64,000 nt of DNA from the NCBI RefSeq assembly GCF_003514505.1, contig NZ_DOPX01000028.1, positions 11,964 to 75,963 of the forward strand, in the 5' to 3' direction. Positions 41,565 through 53,700 of the stretch are shown in pieces. Within the stretch, counting starts at the first letter, position 1. The number at the start of each line of letters is the position of its first letter. Source of the stretch: Proteiniclasticum sp. Lineage in GTDB: Bacteria; Bacillota; Clostridia; Clostridiales; Clostridiaceae. The notes beneath the pieces are model-generated. The model ran no database searches. It was given only the letters and a program-made list of their open reading frames with translations, and was not told the DNA's origin. The translations under genes were made by a program, and so were the position numbers.

Positions 41565-41731
41565 TTCTCCCACCTTTCATTTCTATCATTATATCGTTTC
41601 AAAGTTCATGAAAGTAGCATTCTCGCTCCATCGCGGAAAATTATTCTCAAAAAGTTCATAAATCCATCAGCACAGTGAAGCACTCCATGGAGAACTGCAA
41701 TAAAAAAGACCCGGCATTCCGGGTCCAAGGA

Positions 41732-42715
41732 TCAGTCATTGGCTTCACTCTCTTTTGAAGACTCCAACTGATTTTTCAGTTTCTGAAATTTCCCTTCTGT
41801 TCTGCTTAAGGGAGCGGAATCGAATGCTTCCTCTTTCTTTTCAGGTTGCTTGTCCATTTTCCCTCGTCTCCAGTCCCTGATGCTGCGAAGATAAGGCCGT
41901 TCCACCTTCCTGTATAAAATAAGATACGCATTGAGTTCAGCTCCCAGAACCATGATGCTGGATGTGAGCAGAAGCCAAAGAAGAAGACCAATGACAGCGC
42001 CCAGCGTGCCATAAAACCTGGAGTAATTGGCAAAATTATTAATGTAGTACTGGAATCCCAGTGTGGCTAATATCCAAACCAGTGTAGAAAAAACCGCGCC
42101 GGGATACGCATATCTGAAGCGGATGCTTTTTACCGGAATAAACATATAAGCTAGAATGAGAATCCCCAATATAAGTCCCACAGGCAGCAGTATTCTGATG
42201 AGGGTTATGAATCCTTCTGTGGGAAAATGAGGGAAATAACTGGAGATGATGTTGAGAATCGTTCTGCCAAAAACAATACCAACCAAAGCGACTAGGATGG
42301 CAAAGGCCAGCTGCACCACCCAGAGGAAGGATACCACATATTTCTTAATAATATTGCGGTCCTCTTTAAAATCCATGGCCCGGTTCATGGCAATCATAAA
42401 AGCCCGGAAACCTCCAGACGCTGTGTAAACTGCTGCAAAAATCGATGCTGTCAGAAGGCTACCCCTCTGAACCAGGACCAGATCCAGCACCGGACCGCTG
42501 ATGAGCTCATAAATCTCTTGGGGCAGTGAATTTTCCATAAGATTTAGAATATACCCCGCATCCAGACCCAGGTAAGCAATCACGGATAAAAGAAAAATCA
42601 GAAATGGAAAAATGGACAGAAGGAGACCATAGGTCAGTCTGTATGCATAGACCATGCTCTCGTCTGCGCCTACTTTTTTGATGAATCCCATGATGAAATC
42701 AATTGCTTTCTTCAT
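41732..42715 (-). CDS. YihY/BrkB family membrane protein
   Basis: LSIFPFL, PGAVFS, YGTLGAVIGLLLWL, GAELN. Confidence 0.9.
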   Translation of the reverse strand: MKKAIDFIMGFIKKVGADESMVYAYRLTYGLLLSIFPFLIFLLSVIAYLGLDAGYILNLMENSLPQEIYELISGPVLDLVLVQRGSLLTASIFAAVYTASGGFRAFMIAMNRAMDFKEDRNIIKKYVVSFLWVVQLAFAILVALVGIVFGRTILNIISSYFPHFPTEGFITLIRILLPVGLILGILILAYMFIPVKSIRFRYAYPGAVFSTLVWILATLGFQYYINNFANYSRFYGTLGAVIGLLLWLLLTSSIMVLGAELNAYLILYRKVERPYLRSIRDWRRGKMDKQPEKKEEAFDSAPLSRTEGKFQKLKNQLESSKESEAND

Positions 42716-42828
42716 CTTTTCACTTCCTTTTTTTCCCAGAATCACGAAAATATAATTCTATTATACTACAGATACGTCCTTTCCATCTTTCTCTTCCGTA
42801 AACAAAAGGAGAAAAAGGCATGAACGAA

Positions 42829-42870
42829 AAAGGGCACTTGAATCCGGATTTCCGGATTCAAGTGCCCTTT
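42829..42870. terminator. Perfect 20-bp inverted repeat, terminator of the DUF1659-DUF2922 unit
   Basis: AAAGGGCACTTGAATCCGGA-TT-TCCGGATTCAAGTGCCCTTT directly after the stop at 42878. Confidence 0.75.
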
Positions 42871-42877
42871 AACAGAA

Positions 42878-43084
42878 TTATGCGATGAGTTCCTCTTCAC
42901 GGTTGATGGAAGCTGACTCAATGTCCACCAGCTCCTTCTCCCCTTCAAAAAGAACATTCTTAGAAATGATGGCACTCATGAGCGCCTCCACTTCCTCATC
43001 CAAAATATCCTCACGGACCTTTGGAAGTCTCAAGCTCCACTTTTTGCCTTCTTTGGTCAGGAATGTCATGGTTAATGTGTTCAT
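42878..43084 (-). CDS. DUF2922 family small protein
   Basis: 68 aa; TLTMTFLTKEGKK...VEALMSAII..NVLF pattern; GGAGG RBS. Confidence 0.75.
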   Translation of the reverse strand: MNTLTMTFLTKEGKKWSLRLPKVREDILDEEVEALMSAIISKNVLFEGEKELVDIESASINREEELIA

Positions 43085-43097
43085 ACTGCCTTACCTC

Positions 43098-43319
43098 CTA
43101 CACTAGTTGAATTTTGCTGGTTTCCTGAACTGAAACCCCTTCAAAGGTCTGTTCAGAAAGATCCGCAATGAGCATAGCCACCTCATGAATGTCTTCTGCA
43201 AGAGCAGTAACCTTGAAGTTTTTGACTCTTCTCAGTTCCCCCACATTCTTCCCCTGGTCGTTCAGCCTCGTAAAGGTAAGAATAAGCTCCTTGGACTGTA
43301 GTTCTTGTGATACTGTCAT
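43098..43319 (-). CDS. DUF1659 family small protein
   Basis: About 73 aa; GKN...KNFKVTA..EDIHEVA..IADL pattern; usual partner of DUF2922; AGGGG RBS before ATG 43319. Confidence 0.65.
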   Translation of the reverse strand: MTVSQELQSKELILTFTRLNDQGKNVGELRRVKNFKVTALAEDIHEVAMLIADLSEQTFEGVSVQETSKIQLV

Positions 43320-43452
43320 ATTTACCAACCCCTTTCACTACTGAATTATGCAGTTTAGTCAAAAAGAGCAAAGCTTTTTTGAAAAAAGTGAATAAAATTT
43401 ACATCAGATGCTATACTGAAGATAATATCAATTGAGAAAAAAGGAGTCTTCT

Positions 43453-44322
43453 ATGCTAGAACTTAAAAATGAACACCTCACCGCAACATTTATAACCACA
43501 GGCGCTGAACTGACTTCCCTAAAAGACACCAAGGGAACCGAATACCTCATGAGAGATGAAAGGTACTGGGGCTATACCGCTCCCCATCTGTTCCCTGTCA
43601 TTGGGATGCTTCAGGATTCGACGCTTCGTCATGAGGGCAAGGATTATCCTCAGAAACGGCATGGCTTTGCCAGAAACATGGAGTTTCAGGTAACCTCCCA
43701 GGACGAAGATACCTTGGTTTTCGATCTCATCTCCAGCGAAAAAACAAAGTCCCTTTATCCCTTCGATTTTTTATTCCGGGTCATCTATACCTTAAAAAAC
43801 ACCTCCCTGACCATCTCCTATCAGGTGGAGAACAGAGGAAGTGAAGTAATGCCCTATTCTGTTGGTGCACATCCAGCCTTCTGGGTCCCATTCCATAAGG
43901 ATGGCCAATTCACAGACTATGCTCTGGTATTTGAAAAGGAGGAGTGTCTTGAACGAATTCCCATCAATATCGAAACCGGACTCCTGAAAAAGCCAAAGAC
44001 ACCCTTCATGGAGAAAGCTTCCAGGATTCCCCTCCAAAAGAGTCTTTTCAAGAAAGATGCCTTGATATTCCAGAATCTTGAGTCCTCTTATGTCTCTTTG
44101 GAGTCTTTCAAAAATGAAGGTACTGTCCGTTTCCATTTCAAAGAATTCCCTTTTCTTGGCATCTGGACCACCGACGATGATGCACCGTTCCTCTGTTTGG
44201 AGCCTTGGGCAGGACATGCGGATTATGAAGGGTTCCAGGGGGATTATCTGGAAAAAGAAGATAATGTCCTTTTACACCAAAACGAATCCAGAACCTTCTC
44301 CTACACCATTGAAATCCGATAA
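43453..44322 (+). CDS. Aldose 1-epimerase family protein (LacX-like)
   Basis: GAELTSL, LFPVIG, HGFAR, GAHPAF, CLEPW; AAGGAG RBS before ATG 43453. Confidence 0.9.
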   Translation: MLELKNEHLTATFITTGAELTSLKDTKGTEYLMRDERYWGYTAPHLFPVIGMLQDSTLRHEGKDYPQKRHGFARNMEFQVTSQDEDTLVFDLISSEKTKSLYPFDFLFRVIYTLKNTSLTISYQVENRGSEVMPYSVGAHPAFWVPFHKDGQFTDYALVFEKEECLERIPINIETGLLKKPKTPFMEKASRIPLQKSLFKKDALIFQNLESSYVSLESFKNEGTVRFHFKEFPFLGIWTTDDDAPFLCLEPWAGHADYEGFQGDYLEKEDNVLLHQNESRTFSYTIEIR

Positions 44323-44326
44323 ATGC

Positions 44327-44371
44327 AAAAGCGGCGCCGGTCCCCAAAAAAGGACTGTGCACCGCTTTTTT
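44327..44371. terminator. Bidirectional terminator between the epimerase and gntK
   Basis: AAAAGCGG...CCGCTTTTTT hairpin between convergent genes. Confidence 0.7.
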
Positions 44372-44388
44372 CATTTAGTTTATGATTG

Positions 44389-45855
44389 TCAGTCTTCCTC
44401 ATCCAAGAGATATTTGAGACGAACCACAGCTTTGGTGATTTTCTGATACCTTTTGAAGTTCTCTTCATACTGAAGAGCCTTGTCACCCGGCAAAAACATC
44501 TCTTTCTTCTTCGTGTTCAGCCTTATGCCTTCTATGCCCAAGCGGACAGCCCCTAAAGAAGAGCTGCTGGCAGCATCCACTCTTTGTACTTCACGGCCCA
44601 TGACTTCAGCAAGTATACTTGCCATCTCATGATTCTCGAAGACTCCTCCCGATACCTTAAGGAGACTGATCTTCCCATGAAGCCTTTCAATCTCCGTCAA
44701 CACTTCTTTCAGATTGAAAAAGATCCCTTCCACTGCAGCACGGATGAAATGCTTTTTTTCTGCCCTGGGTGTGATTCCCACAAAACCTGCAAAAAGATGG
44801 CCATCATAATACGGCGCCCGCTCTCCATAAAGGTAGGGTATAAAAGTGATCCCCTCAGCTCCCGGTTCTGACTCTAATAAATTCTTCGAAAGATCTCTGT
44901 AAAAATGATCCGGATGCTCGTAAAAGAGACCACTAAGATAAGCAAGAACATTTCCTCCGTTGTTCACTGCTCCCCCCAGGACATACTGTCCCTTCCTGAG
45001 ATAATAGCAGAAGATCTTCCCCTCCGGATGGAGAAGAATCCTGTCAGAGGTGATCCTCACCGCGCCGCTGGTGCCAAGGGTCACTGCAGCCTCATAAGGC
45101 TCTGTCACATCTCCCCCAAGATTTGCGAGGCAGCCGTCAGACCCGCCAATGAGAACCTTGCAGCTGGAGGGCAGTTTCGTTCTTGAAAGAGCTTCCAGAT
45201 TCTTCAATGAAAACATCTCCTCCACATCCACTGGCCTTGAAAACTGGGAAGGCACCATGGAAAGCTCCTGTAGAATCTCCTCATCAAAAACCAAATCCTG
45301 AAGATGAAAAAGACCTGTGGCGGAGGCTATGGAATAGTCCACCACATATTCTCCACTGAGTTTTCTCATGATGAACTCTTTGATGCCAATGGCCTTTTTT
45401 GTCTTTTTCAGAAGATCCGTATTCTTTTGAAACCAAAGAAGTTTAAAAAAGGGGCTCATGGGATGAAGGGGCGTACCTGTTTTTTGGTAAAAAGCTCCTG
45501 CATCCTCTCTTTTCTTAAACTCCTCCACAAGTTCTTCTGCACGGCTGTCAGACCAGAGTATGCTTTTTGTCAAAGGCTGATCTTTTTCATCCATGAGAAT
45601 CAGGCTGTGCATGGCACTGGAAAAAGCCATATAAGTCACATGCTCTCTCTTTTCCTCATGTCTATTCAGAAGCTCTTCCACTGCTTGAAGAAAGCTTTCA
45701 AACACCTCTTCAGGATCCTGCTCTGCATAGTGCGCTTTATCCTGATAGGTTCTATACCCTTTGCTTACAAAGTCAAGATTTTGAAACGTTTCATCAAAAA
45801 GCACTACTTTTGTGCTGGTGGTGCCAATATCTGCACCAATATAATACTTCATCAC
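44389..45855 (-). CDS. gntK: Gluconokinase (FGGY family)
   Basis: DIGTTSTK, FSSAMHSL, TGTPLHPMSP, SIASATG, PYLYGERAP; overlaps the gnd stop. Confidence 0.85.
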   Translation of the reverse strand: MMKYYIGADIGTTSTKVVLFDETFQNLDFVSKGYRTYQDKAHYAEQDPEEVFESFLQAVEELLNRHEEKREHVTYMAFSSAMHSLILMDEKDQPLTKSILWSDSRAEELVEEFKKREDAGAFYQKTGTPLHPMSPFFKLLWFQKNTDLLKKTKKAIGIKEFIMRKLSGEYVVDYSIASATGLFHLQDLVFDEEILQELSMVPSQFSRPVDVEEMFSLKNLEALSRTKLPSSCKVLIGGSDGCLANLGGDVTEPYEAAVTLGTSGAVRITSDRILLHPEGKIFCYYLRKGQYVLGGAVNNGGNVLAYLSGLFYEHPDHFYRDLSKNLLESEPGAEGITFIPYLYGERAPYYDGHLFAGFVGITPRAEKKHFIRAAVEGIFFNLKEVLTEIERLHGKISLLKVSGGVFENHEMASILAEVMGREVQRVDAASSSSLGAVRLGIEGIRLNTKKKEMFLPGDKALQYEENFKRYQKITKAVVRLKYLLDEED

Positions 45856-46763
45856 CCAACATCCTTTTTATGGACCTCGTGACCTCCAAAAGCATTTCTC
45901 AGGGAAGCCACGATTTTTTCTCCGTATTTTTCCTCATCACCTGAAGCATACCGCACCATGAGAGATTGTGCAATCACCGGAATAGGCACCTGAAGATGGA
46001 GCGCTTCCTCCAGTGTCCACTTTCCTTCTCCAGAAGAGGGAATCACCCCTGCCAGATCCTCCTGTCCCGGATCCTCCCGAAGAAGCTTCTCCGTCAGCTC
46101 CATGAGCCAGCTCCTCACCACTGAACCATGATTGAATACTTTGGCCACTTGCTCCAGTTTAAAATCAAACGGGCTGTGGTGAAGCAGATTGAATCCTTCT
46201 CCTATGGCCTGCATCATCCCGTACTCTATGCCGTTATGAACCATCTTAAGATAGTGACCGCTTCCAGAGGTGCCTGTATAAAGATATCCGGATGGAACGG
46301 TTAAGTCCCTGAAAAGTGTTTCCATCCGGGAGAACACTTCCTGCTTTCCTCCAATCATCATGCAGGCTCCATTTCGCGCTCCCTCCACACCACCAGATGT
46401 GCCCACATCCAGATAATGGATTCCGGCTGCAGCCGCCTCCTCGGCCCTTCTCACAGAGTCCTTATAATGAGCATTGCCCCCGTCCATCAGCACATCCTCT
46501 GGATCAAGGAGAAGGAGAAGTCTCTGGAAAACTGCTTCTGTAATGGTCCCTGCAGGAAGCATCAGCCACAATGCCCTGGGCCGTTCCAATGAATAAACAA
46601 GCTTTTCCAAAGAATCGTAAAAGCATCCTCCTTCCGCCACAACCTCGTCTGAAACAGCTGCATTGATGTCGTGAGCATGCACCTCATGATTTCTTTCTCT
46701 CATCTGTGAAAACAGCATTCTGCCCATCTTACCCAGTCCTATCAGTCCTATTACCATATTCAT
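45852..46763 (-). CDS. gnd: Decarboxylating 6-phosphogluconate dehydrogenase (short GntZ/YqeC type)
   Basis: GLGKMG, DVGTSGG, GHYLKMVHNGIEYG, RNAFGGH. Confidence 0.93.
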   Translation of the reverse strand: MNMVIGLIGLGKMGRMLFSQMRERNHEVHAHDINAAVSDEVVAEGGCFYDSLEKLVYSLERPRALWLMLPAGTITEAVFQRLLLLLDPEDVLMDGGNAHYKDSVRRAEEAAAAGIHYLDVGTSGGVEGARNGACMMIGGKQEVFSRMETLFRDLTVPSGYLYTGTSGSGHYLKMVHNGIEYGMMQAIGEGFNLLHHSPFDFKLEQVAKVFNHGSVVRSWLMELTEKLLREDPGQEDLAGVIPSSGEGKWTLEEALHLQVPIPVIAQSLMVRYASGDEEKYGEKIVASLRNAFGGHEVHKKDVG

Positions 46764-46845
46764 CCTCTCCTCTTCTTTGTATCTGTACTCCTTTGCCATG
46801 CGCACGGCACAAAGCAAAAGGCAAGGATATTCCTTGCCTTCGCTA

Positions 46846-48204
<1,359 letters not shown>

Positions 48205-49782
48205 TTAGCTTTCCAGATACAAATCAACCGCCTTGCGCACGCTGTTCACTTGAAGTCCATAGACCACCTGAACATTATTTCCCTTTGATACCACACCTGT
48301 GGCGCCAGTCTCATTTTTCAGCCTGCTCTCATCCACTTTCCCAGGCTCTTTCAGCATTACCCGAAGTCTTGTGAAACAGTTGTCCACCGTTTCAATATTC
48401 TCAGGGCCACCCAGCGCTTCTACAATGATGTCAGCAGGAACTTCCTCGTTTCTTATATTTTTTCCGCTCTGCTTTTTTTCTTCATACTCTTTCTTGGAGT
48501 AGAGCTTCACTTCTCCCCCTTCCTCTTCTCTACCAATGGTCTTCAGGTTCCACACTTTGATGAGGGTTCTGAAGATGAAGTAGTAAAGGAGGAAAAAAAC
48601 GAGGCCCACTGCAATATACATCGGCCATCCTGTTTTTTCCACACCCAAGGGCACGTTATAGAGCAGGAAGTCAATGAATCCATTGGGTCCGATGGCTCTT
48701 ACGTTGAAAAGGTTCAGAACCACCATACTCAGTCCGCTGAGCACAGAGTGGATTCCAAATAGGATGGGAGACACAAACATAAAGGAAAACTCAATGGGCT
48801 CAGTAACACCTGCAATGAAGGAAGTCACTGCTGCAGGAATCAGAATCGCTCTAGCTTTCGCTTTGTTCTCCGGCTTAGCCATCTGATACATGGCAACACA
48901 GGCCCCGATGAGCCCAAACATCTTGGAGATGCCTCTAGCATCCCAGATGACACTCTGAGAAAGAACCTTCACCGTATTGTCCGCAATTTCAGCAAAGTAA
49001 ATGTTTCTTGAGCCTTCAAGAAGCACACCACCCACTTCCTGAACCCCTCCCAGGGAAGAGTAAAGGAAAGGTGTATAGACAAGATGATGAAGTCCCGTTG
49101 GAATCAGAAGCCTCTCCAGCATTCCATACAGGAACAGTCCCACATTTCCGCTGCCGTTGATGAAGCTTCCCAGGCCATTGATACCACTTTGGAAAAATGG
49201 CCAGACATAACTGAACATAATAGCAAGAAGGACCACCACTGGAATTAGAACGATAAAGACAAATCTTGCTCCGCCGTAGATCTGAAAGGCATTATTGAAC
49301 TCTTTGTCAATAAATCGGTTATGCACATAAGCAGTAACAATACCCAGGATGATTCCTAGGAATACTCCCATGTCAAGGATCTGAACGCCCATGACCATGG
49401 TCTGTCCTGTTCCTCTAAGAGAATCTCCCTCAAAAAGACTTCCGGTCAGTGCCATAAACTTATTCATGGCATTGATAAATACGAGGAATCCGAGAAGCGC
49501 TGTGAATCCTGCTTCAGCTTTCTTTTTCTCTGCAAGGCCAACAGCGATTCCCACTGCAAATATCAGTCCTAAATTGGTGAGAATGGAAACCAGTGATCCA
49601 GACAAGATCGCGCCAAATCCTTTAGTGACCGGATTGTCCAGAAAAGGAACTGCCTCTAGGAGCTTGGCATTGGTGAAGAGATTTCCGATGGCAATGAGTA
49701 TACCGGCAATGGGTAAAATGAGTACGGGGATGAACATTGCTTTTGCAAAACGCTGCATACTGTTCATAAGTTTTTCTTTCAT
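48205..49782 (-). CDS. PTS alpha-glucoside-type EIICB component
   Basis: ERLLIPTGLHH, GVTEPIEF, EIIB signature DNCFTRLR. Confidence 0.93.
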   Translation of the reverse strand: MKEKLMNSMQRFAKAMFIPVLILPIAGILIAIGNLFTNAKLLEAVPFLDNPVTKGFGAILSGSLVSILTNLGLIFAVGIAVGLAEKKKAEAGFTALLGFLVFINAMNKFMALTGSLFEGDSLRGTGQTMVMGVQILDMGVFLGIILGIVTAYVHNRFIDKEFNNAFQIYGGARFVFIVLIPVVVLLAIMFSYVWPFFQSGINGLGSFINGSGNVGLFLYGMLERLLIPTGLHHLVYTPFLYSSLGGVQEVGGVLLEGSRNIYFAEIADNTVKVLSQSVIWDARGISKMFGLIGACVAMYQMAKPENKAKARAILIPAAVTSFIAGVTEPIEFSFMFVSPILFGIHSVLSGLSMVVLNLFNVRAIGPNGFIDFLLYNVPLGVEKTGWPMYIAVGLVFFLLYYFIFRTLIKVWNLKTIGREEEGGEVKLYSKKEYEEKKQSGKNIRNEEVPADIIVEALGGPENIETVDNCFTRLRVMLKEPGKVDESRLKNETGATGVVSKGNNVQVVYGLQVNSVRKAVDLYLES

Positions 49783-49857
49783 GAGTCTATCCTCCTTTTA
49801 TCGATAGGTTCAGTTTAGGGGATAGGCCCCCATTGGTAAAGGGTTTCAAGGCAAAAG

Positions 49858-49889
49858 GAAACACGTCCCGCCAATGTGGAACGTGTTTC
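49858..49889. promoter_or_regulatory. Inverted repeat between the RpiR gene and the PTS gene (operator and/or terminator)
   Basis: GAAACACGTCCC-N8-GGAACGTGTTTC, 11/12 match; followed by CTTTT on the minus strand. Confidence 0.5.
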
Positions 49890-49900
49890 GAATAAATCAG

Positions 49901-50641
49901 TTACATAGAGATTGAGACCAGGTACTCAAATAAAAGAAGAAGCTCTGCAAAAAAATAATTTTTGGAGATATTCCGGTCATCCAGTTTTTTGCTGTCCTCA
50001 ATCTTCAGCGGAATATCCGCTATCCTGGAAGCTCTGTTATCCAGTTCACTGGTAAAGACGACAACAGGAATTCCCTTCTCTTTGCAGTATTCCATTTTAT
50101 CGAGGACCTGCTGGGTTTCCCCTGATTTTGTTACAGTGATCAGCATGCCGATATGGTCCACATTGCTCTCCAGAATAGCAATGGAGTCATTACCCGTGGC
50201 AAAAATAACCCGCTTTCCGTTGACCAGAAGCTTTTTGTAAAGATACTCCCCAATGATGCCCGAAAACCCGGTGGCATAGATGAAGATATACTTCTCTTTG
50301 GTGCTCTTCAGAAGGCCTGAAAAGGCGTCTATATTCTTTTTCTCGTTGAGCTGCAGGATTTCCTTCAGCATCCCATTGTCAGCGCCTTCATGCTCTTTGC
50401 TCTTTCTTCTGTCTTCTCCCTCGACCATCGGAACCAGCTGGTAGTACATGTCGATGAATCCTGAGTAGCCAAGCTTTTTGGCCAGCCTCATAATGGAGGA
50501 AGGTGAGGTATAATTTTCCCTGGCAATCTGTCTAACCCCTTTCTCCAGCACCGTATCCATATGCTCCACCATGTAGAGAAGCACTTTCTCTTCTGTCTCT
50601 GTCAGGGATTTCCCCTTTATTATCTTAGCTAAATCCACCAT
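49901..50641 (-). CDS. MurR/RpiR family transcriptional regulator
   Basis: SPSSIMRLAKKLGYSGF HTH and SIS-like TKSGET; likely start MVDLAK at 50641. Confidence 0.9.
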   Translation of the reverse strand: MVDLAKIIKGKSLTETEEKVLLYMVEHMDTVLEKGVRQIARENYTSPSSIMRLAKKLGYSGFIDMYYQLVPMVEGEDRRKSKEHEGADNGMLKEILQLNEKKNIDAFSGLLKSTKEKYIFIYATGFSGIIGEYLYKKLLVNGKRVIFATGNDSIAILESNVDHIGMLITVTKSGETQQVLDKMEYCKEKGIPVVVFTSELDNRASRIADIPLKIEDSKKLDDRNISKNYFFAELLLLFEYLVSISM

Positions 50642-50788
50642 CAAGCTTCCCCCTTTCATCTCTACATACACACACTCTCTTGCTGTTATTTCAATTTATT
50701 CTATCATAGTTTCCGTTCTTCACACAAAACACTAAGAATGCCCAAAAAAATAGCCCCTTGCTAAAAAGCAAGAGGCTGAAAAATTAAA

Positions 50789-53700
50789 TCAGTATCCGAA
50801 ATACGCTCGGATTTTATCTGCGATTCCCTTGGCCATGGCCTTTTGGAACACAGGATCTGTTATTTTGGAAAGATCTTCCGCATTGCTCATATATCCAATT
50901 TCAGAAAGCACAGAACGCATTTCTGTCTGCCTCAGCACTGCCAGTGTATGCCCGGAAATGCTGCTGTCGGTTCCATTTCTTCTGTCCTGGAATCCCATGG
51001 CAATGAAGGACTGCTTGATGGCAGAAGCCACATCCACACTTTCCTTCAGTGTAGACTCAGAGATGCTTGTTACCTTTGTTGATGGATAAATGAGGAAGGC
51101 ACCCTTTGAGCTCGGATTGCTGTTGTAGTCATGATGGATACTGAAGAACAGATCCGCATGGGCTGCGTTGGCAATTCTTGCCCTTTCATTCAGTTCGATG
51201 AAAGTGTCGTTATTTCTTGTCATGATGGTGTTGTATCCTGCTGCCTTCAGCTCTGCTTCCAGTGCTAAGGCAAACTGCAGCACATACACTTTTTCATAGA
51301 CATAGCTTCCATTGAGAACACCCCTTGCTCCAGGGTCTTTTCCGCCATGTCCGGCATCAATGACGATGGTAGGAATCTTCTCCACCTTCAGCACCTTAGT
51401 GAACTCCAGTTTCTCTCCACCATTTCCGGTGACTTCCACACGGAGTGTGTTCTCACCAGGGAACAGGTTATTTCTTCGGATGAGATATTCATAACCAGTG
51501 TTGGCATTCCCGTCATCGGTTCTAGGCTTGCCGTATACCGCTGTGCCTTGAGCTCTTCCGTTCAGATAGACCCTGACATTTTTCACGCCTGTGGCAATCT
51601 TCGCGTATCCGGACACTTTGATATCCTCATTCTTATAATTCACCACATCTTTGTTGTCCAAAACACCAACCGGGTCAAAGGTTGGTCTGTTGTAGGTGAA
51701 GGAGATGGACTGGGAGGTGCTGCTGCCATCGGAAAGCTTGGCTGTAGCTTTTACTGTATTGGTACCATTGACAAAAACATCTTTATTAACTGACAGAGTG
51801 AATCCTGCTGAAGAAGCATTTGGATACTCTCCATAAGACGCCAGAAGATCATCCCGCTTCTGATTCAGTGTGGCATTTCCAATGGTGATGCCATTGACTG
51901 ATATACTGATGCTCTGAAGAGTTCCTTTAGTCAATAGATATCCGGAGATGGTCTGATCTGCATACTCTTTTGTTCCTGTGGGACCTTCGATCTTCAGGAC
52001 GGTGTCTACAGCAGGAACTTCAGGAGCTGGTGGCTGTGGTGTTGGTGAAAGCACCTTTGTCAGGTAGTCCACGGATACATATCCCGTCTTCCCATTATAG
52101 GTCACTTTCGCCCAAGATCCTTCTAGAGTTTCTATGGTCAGCTGCGTTCCCTTAGGAATCGTCAGTATAATGCCATGACTTGTCCCAGGTCCGACTCTCA
52201 TATTGAGATTGTAGGTGGTCTGACGCACATCCTTTTCTGCAGGAGGTGTCTCGGTTGATGGTGGCGCTGTATAAGGACTCATATAATTAGTAGAAGCATA
52301 CCCTACCATGCCATTATACGTAATCTTCGCCCATTTTCCTGTAAGAGCTTCCACTGTAACGATGGTCCCCTTCGGCAGAACGGTCAGCACCTTTGATGCA
52401 CCATCGGCAGCTTCTCTCATGTTGAGATTTCCAGTGATGATTCTTTGGTCTTTCTCGGTCACAGGCACTTCTACCGGTGGGGTTGGCGTCGGATCCGGCG
52501 TTGGCGTAGGATCCGGCGTTGGTGTTGGCTCTGGCGTTGGCGTCGGTGCTGGCGCTGCAGCAAGTTTCTTTAAATAACTGGTAGAAGAAAATCCTTCTGT
52601 TCCATTGTACCTAAGCTTAGCCCAGCCATTGCTTTCGCTAAGAACTGTCACCTTACTGCCTTTTGGCATGGTAAGGATGATTCTGCCACTTACGCTGGCT
52701 GTACTTCTGAGATTCAGGTTTGCAGTTGTTTCCCGCTCATCTGTTCCTACAACAGGTCCCGGATTCGGGTTCGTAGGTGTGGATGGCTGACTGACAGCAA
52801 CTTTTTCCAAATAATTGGTGGAAACATATCCTGTACTTCCCGCATAGCTCACCTTCGCCCAAGTGCCACTCAGTGCTTCTACGGTTAGTGTTGTTCCTCT
52901 TGGTATGACGCGGATGACACTGCTTGTCGTTCCAGGTCCAGTTCTCATATTGAGGTTTCCTGTAGTTTTTCTTGTGTCCTGTTCCCCTGAAGTTGGTGGG
53001 GTTGGAGTCGGAGTTGGGGCAGGTGCAGGAGTAGTGCTTACCGTTTGCAGGTAGCTTGTGGAAACATATCCTGTTTTCCCTCCGTACGACACCTTGGCCC
53101 ATCCGCTGGACTGACTCTCCACAGTCAGAGAGGTTCCTTTGGGTATGGTAAGTAATATTGTATTATTAGTTCCTGCGCCACTGCGCATATTAAGATTTGC
53201 GGTTGTCTTTCTAACATCGGTTCCAGCCGCTGGCGTTGAAGGCGTTTCGGGTACTCCGGTCTGAGGTGGAGTAGTTACAGGTGAAGACACAGTGACAGCT
53301 TTCAGATAATTGGTGCTGACATACCCTGTTCTGCCCCCATAGGAAACCTTCGCCCATACGCCTGAAAGGCTCTCAATCTTTACTCTTGTGCCTTTTGGAA
53401 TGGTCAGAAGAATTCTGGCATTGAGAGTTCCGCTCTCTCTCATGTTGAGGTTAGCTGTAGTTTCTCGAGTGTCACCTGCAGTCTGAGCTGGCGCTGAGGG
53501 TGTCTGAGAAGCACCTGCAGTTTCAAACTTCACATAAGCAGGATTCGCACTTATATAGAGACCGTTGGAGAGCTTATACATTTCTCTGCCATCAATCAAA
53601 TGTTTTTCCACCACGTCAAACGTTGTTCCATTGCTAAAAGTTCTCGTTTTTGCATTCCAGTCAGGTGCGTTATATGCCCATAAGGAAAACGCGGTTACAG

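Noticed and set aside
49834..49848. cre-like sequence TGAAACCCTTTACCA upstream of the PTS gene
   Set aside because: Lacks the central CG of cre sites, and no well-spaced -10 was found; too weak to call.
52478..53030. Short tandem repeats as a possible CRISPR or non-coding repeat array
   Set aside because: In-frame Pro/Thr linker codons inside the amidase; no repeat-spacer structure.
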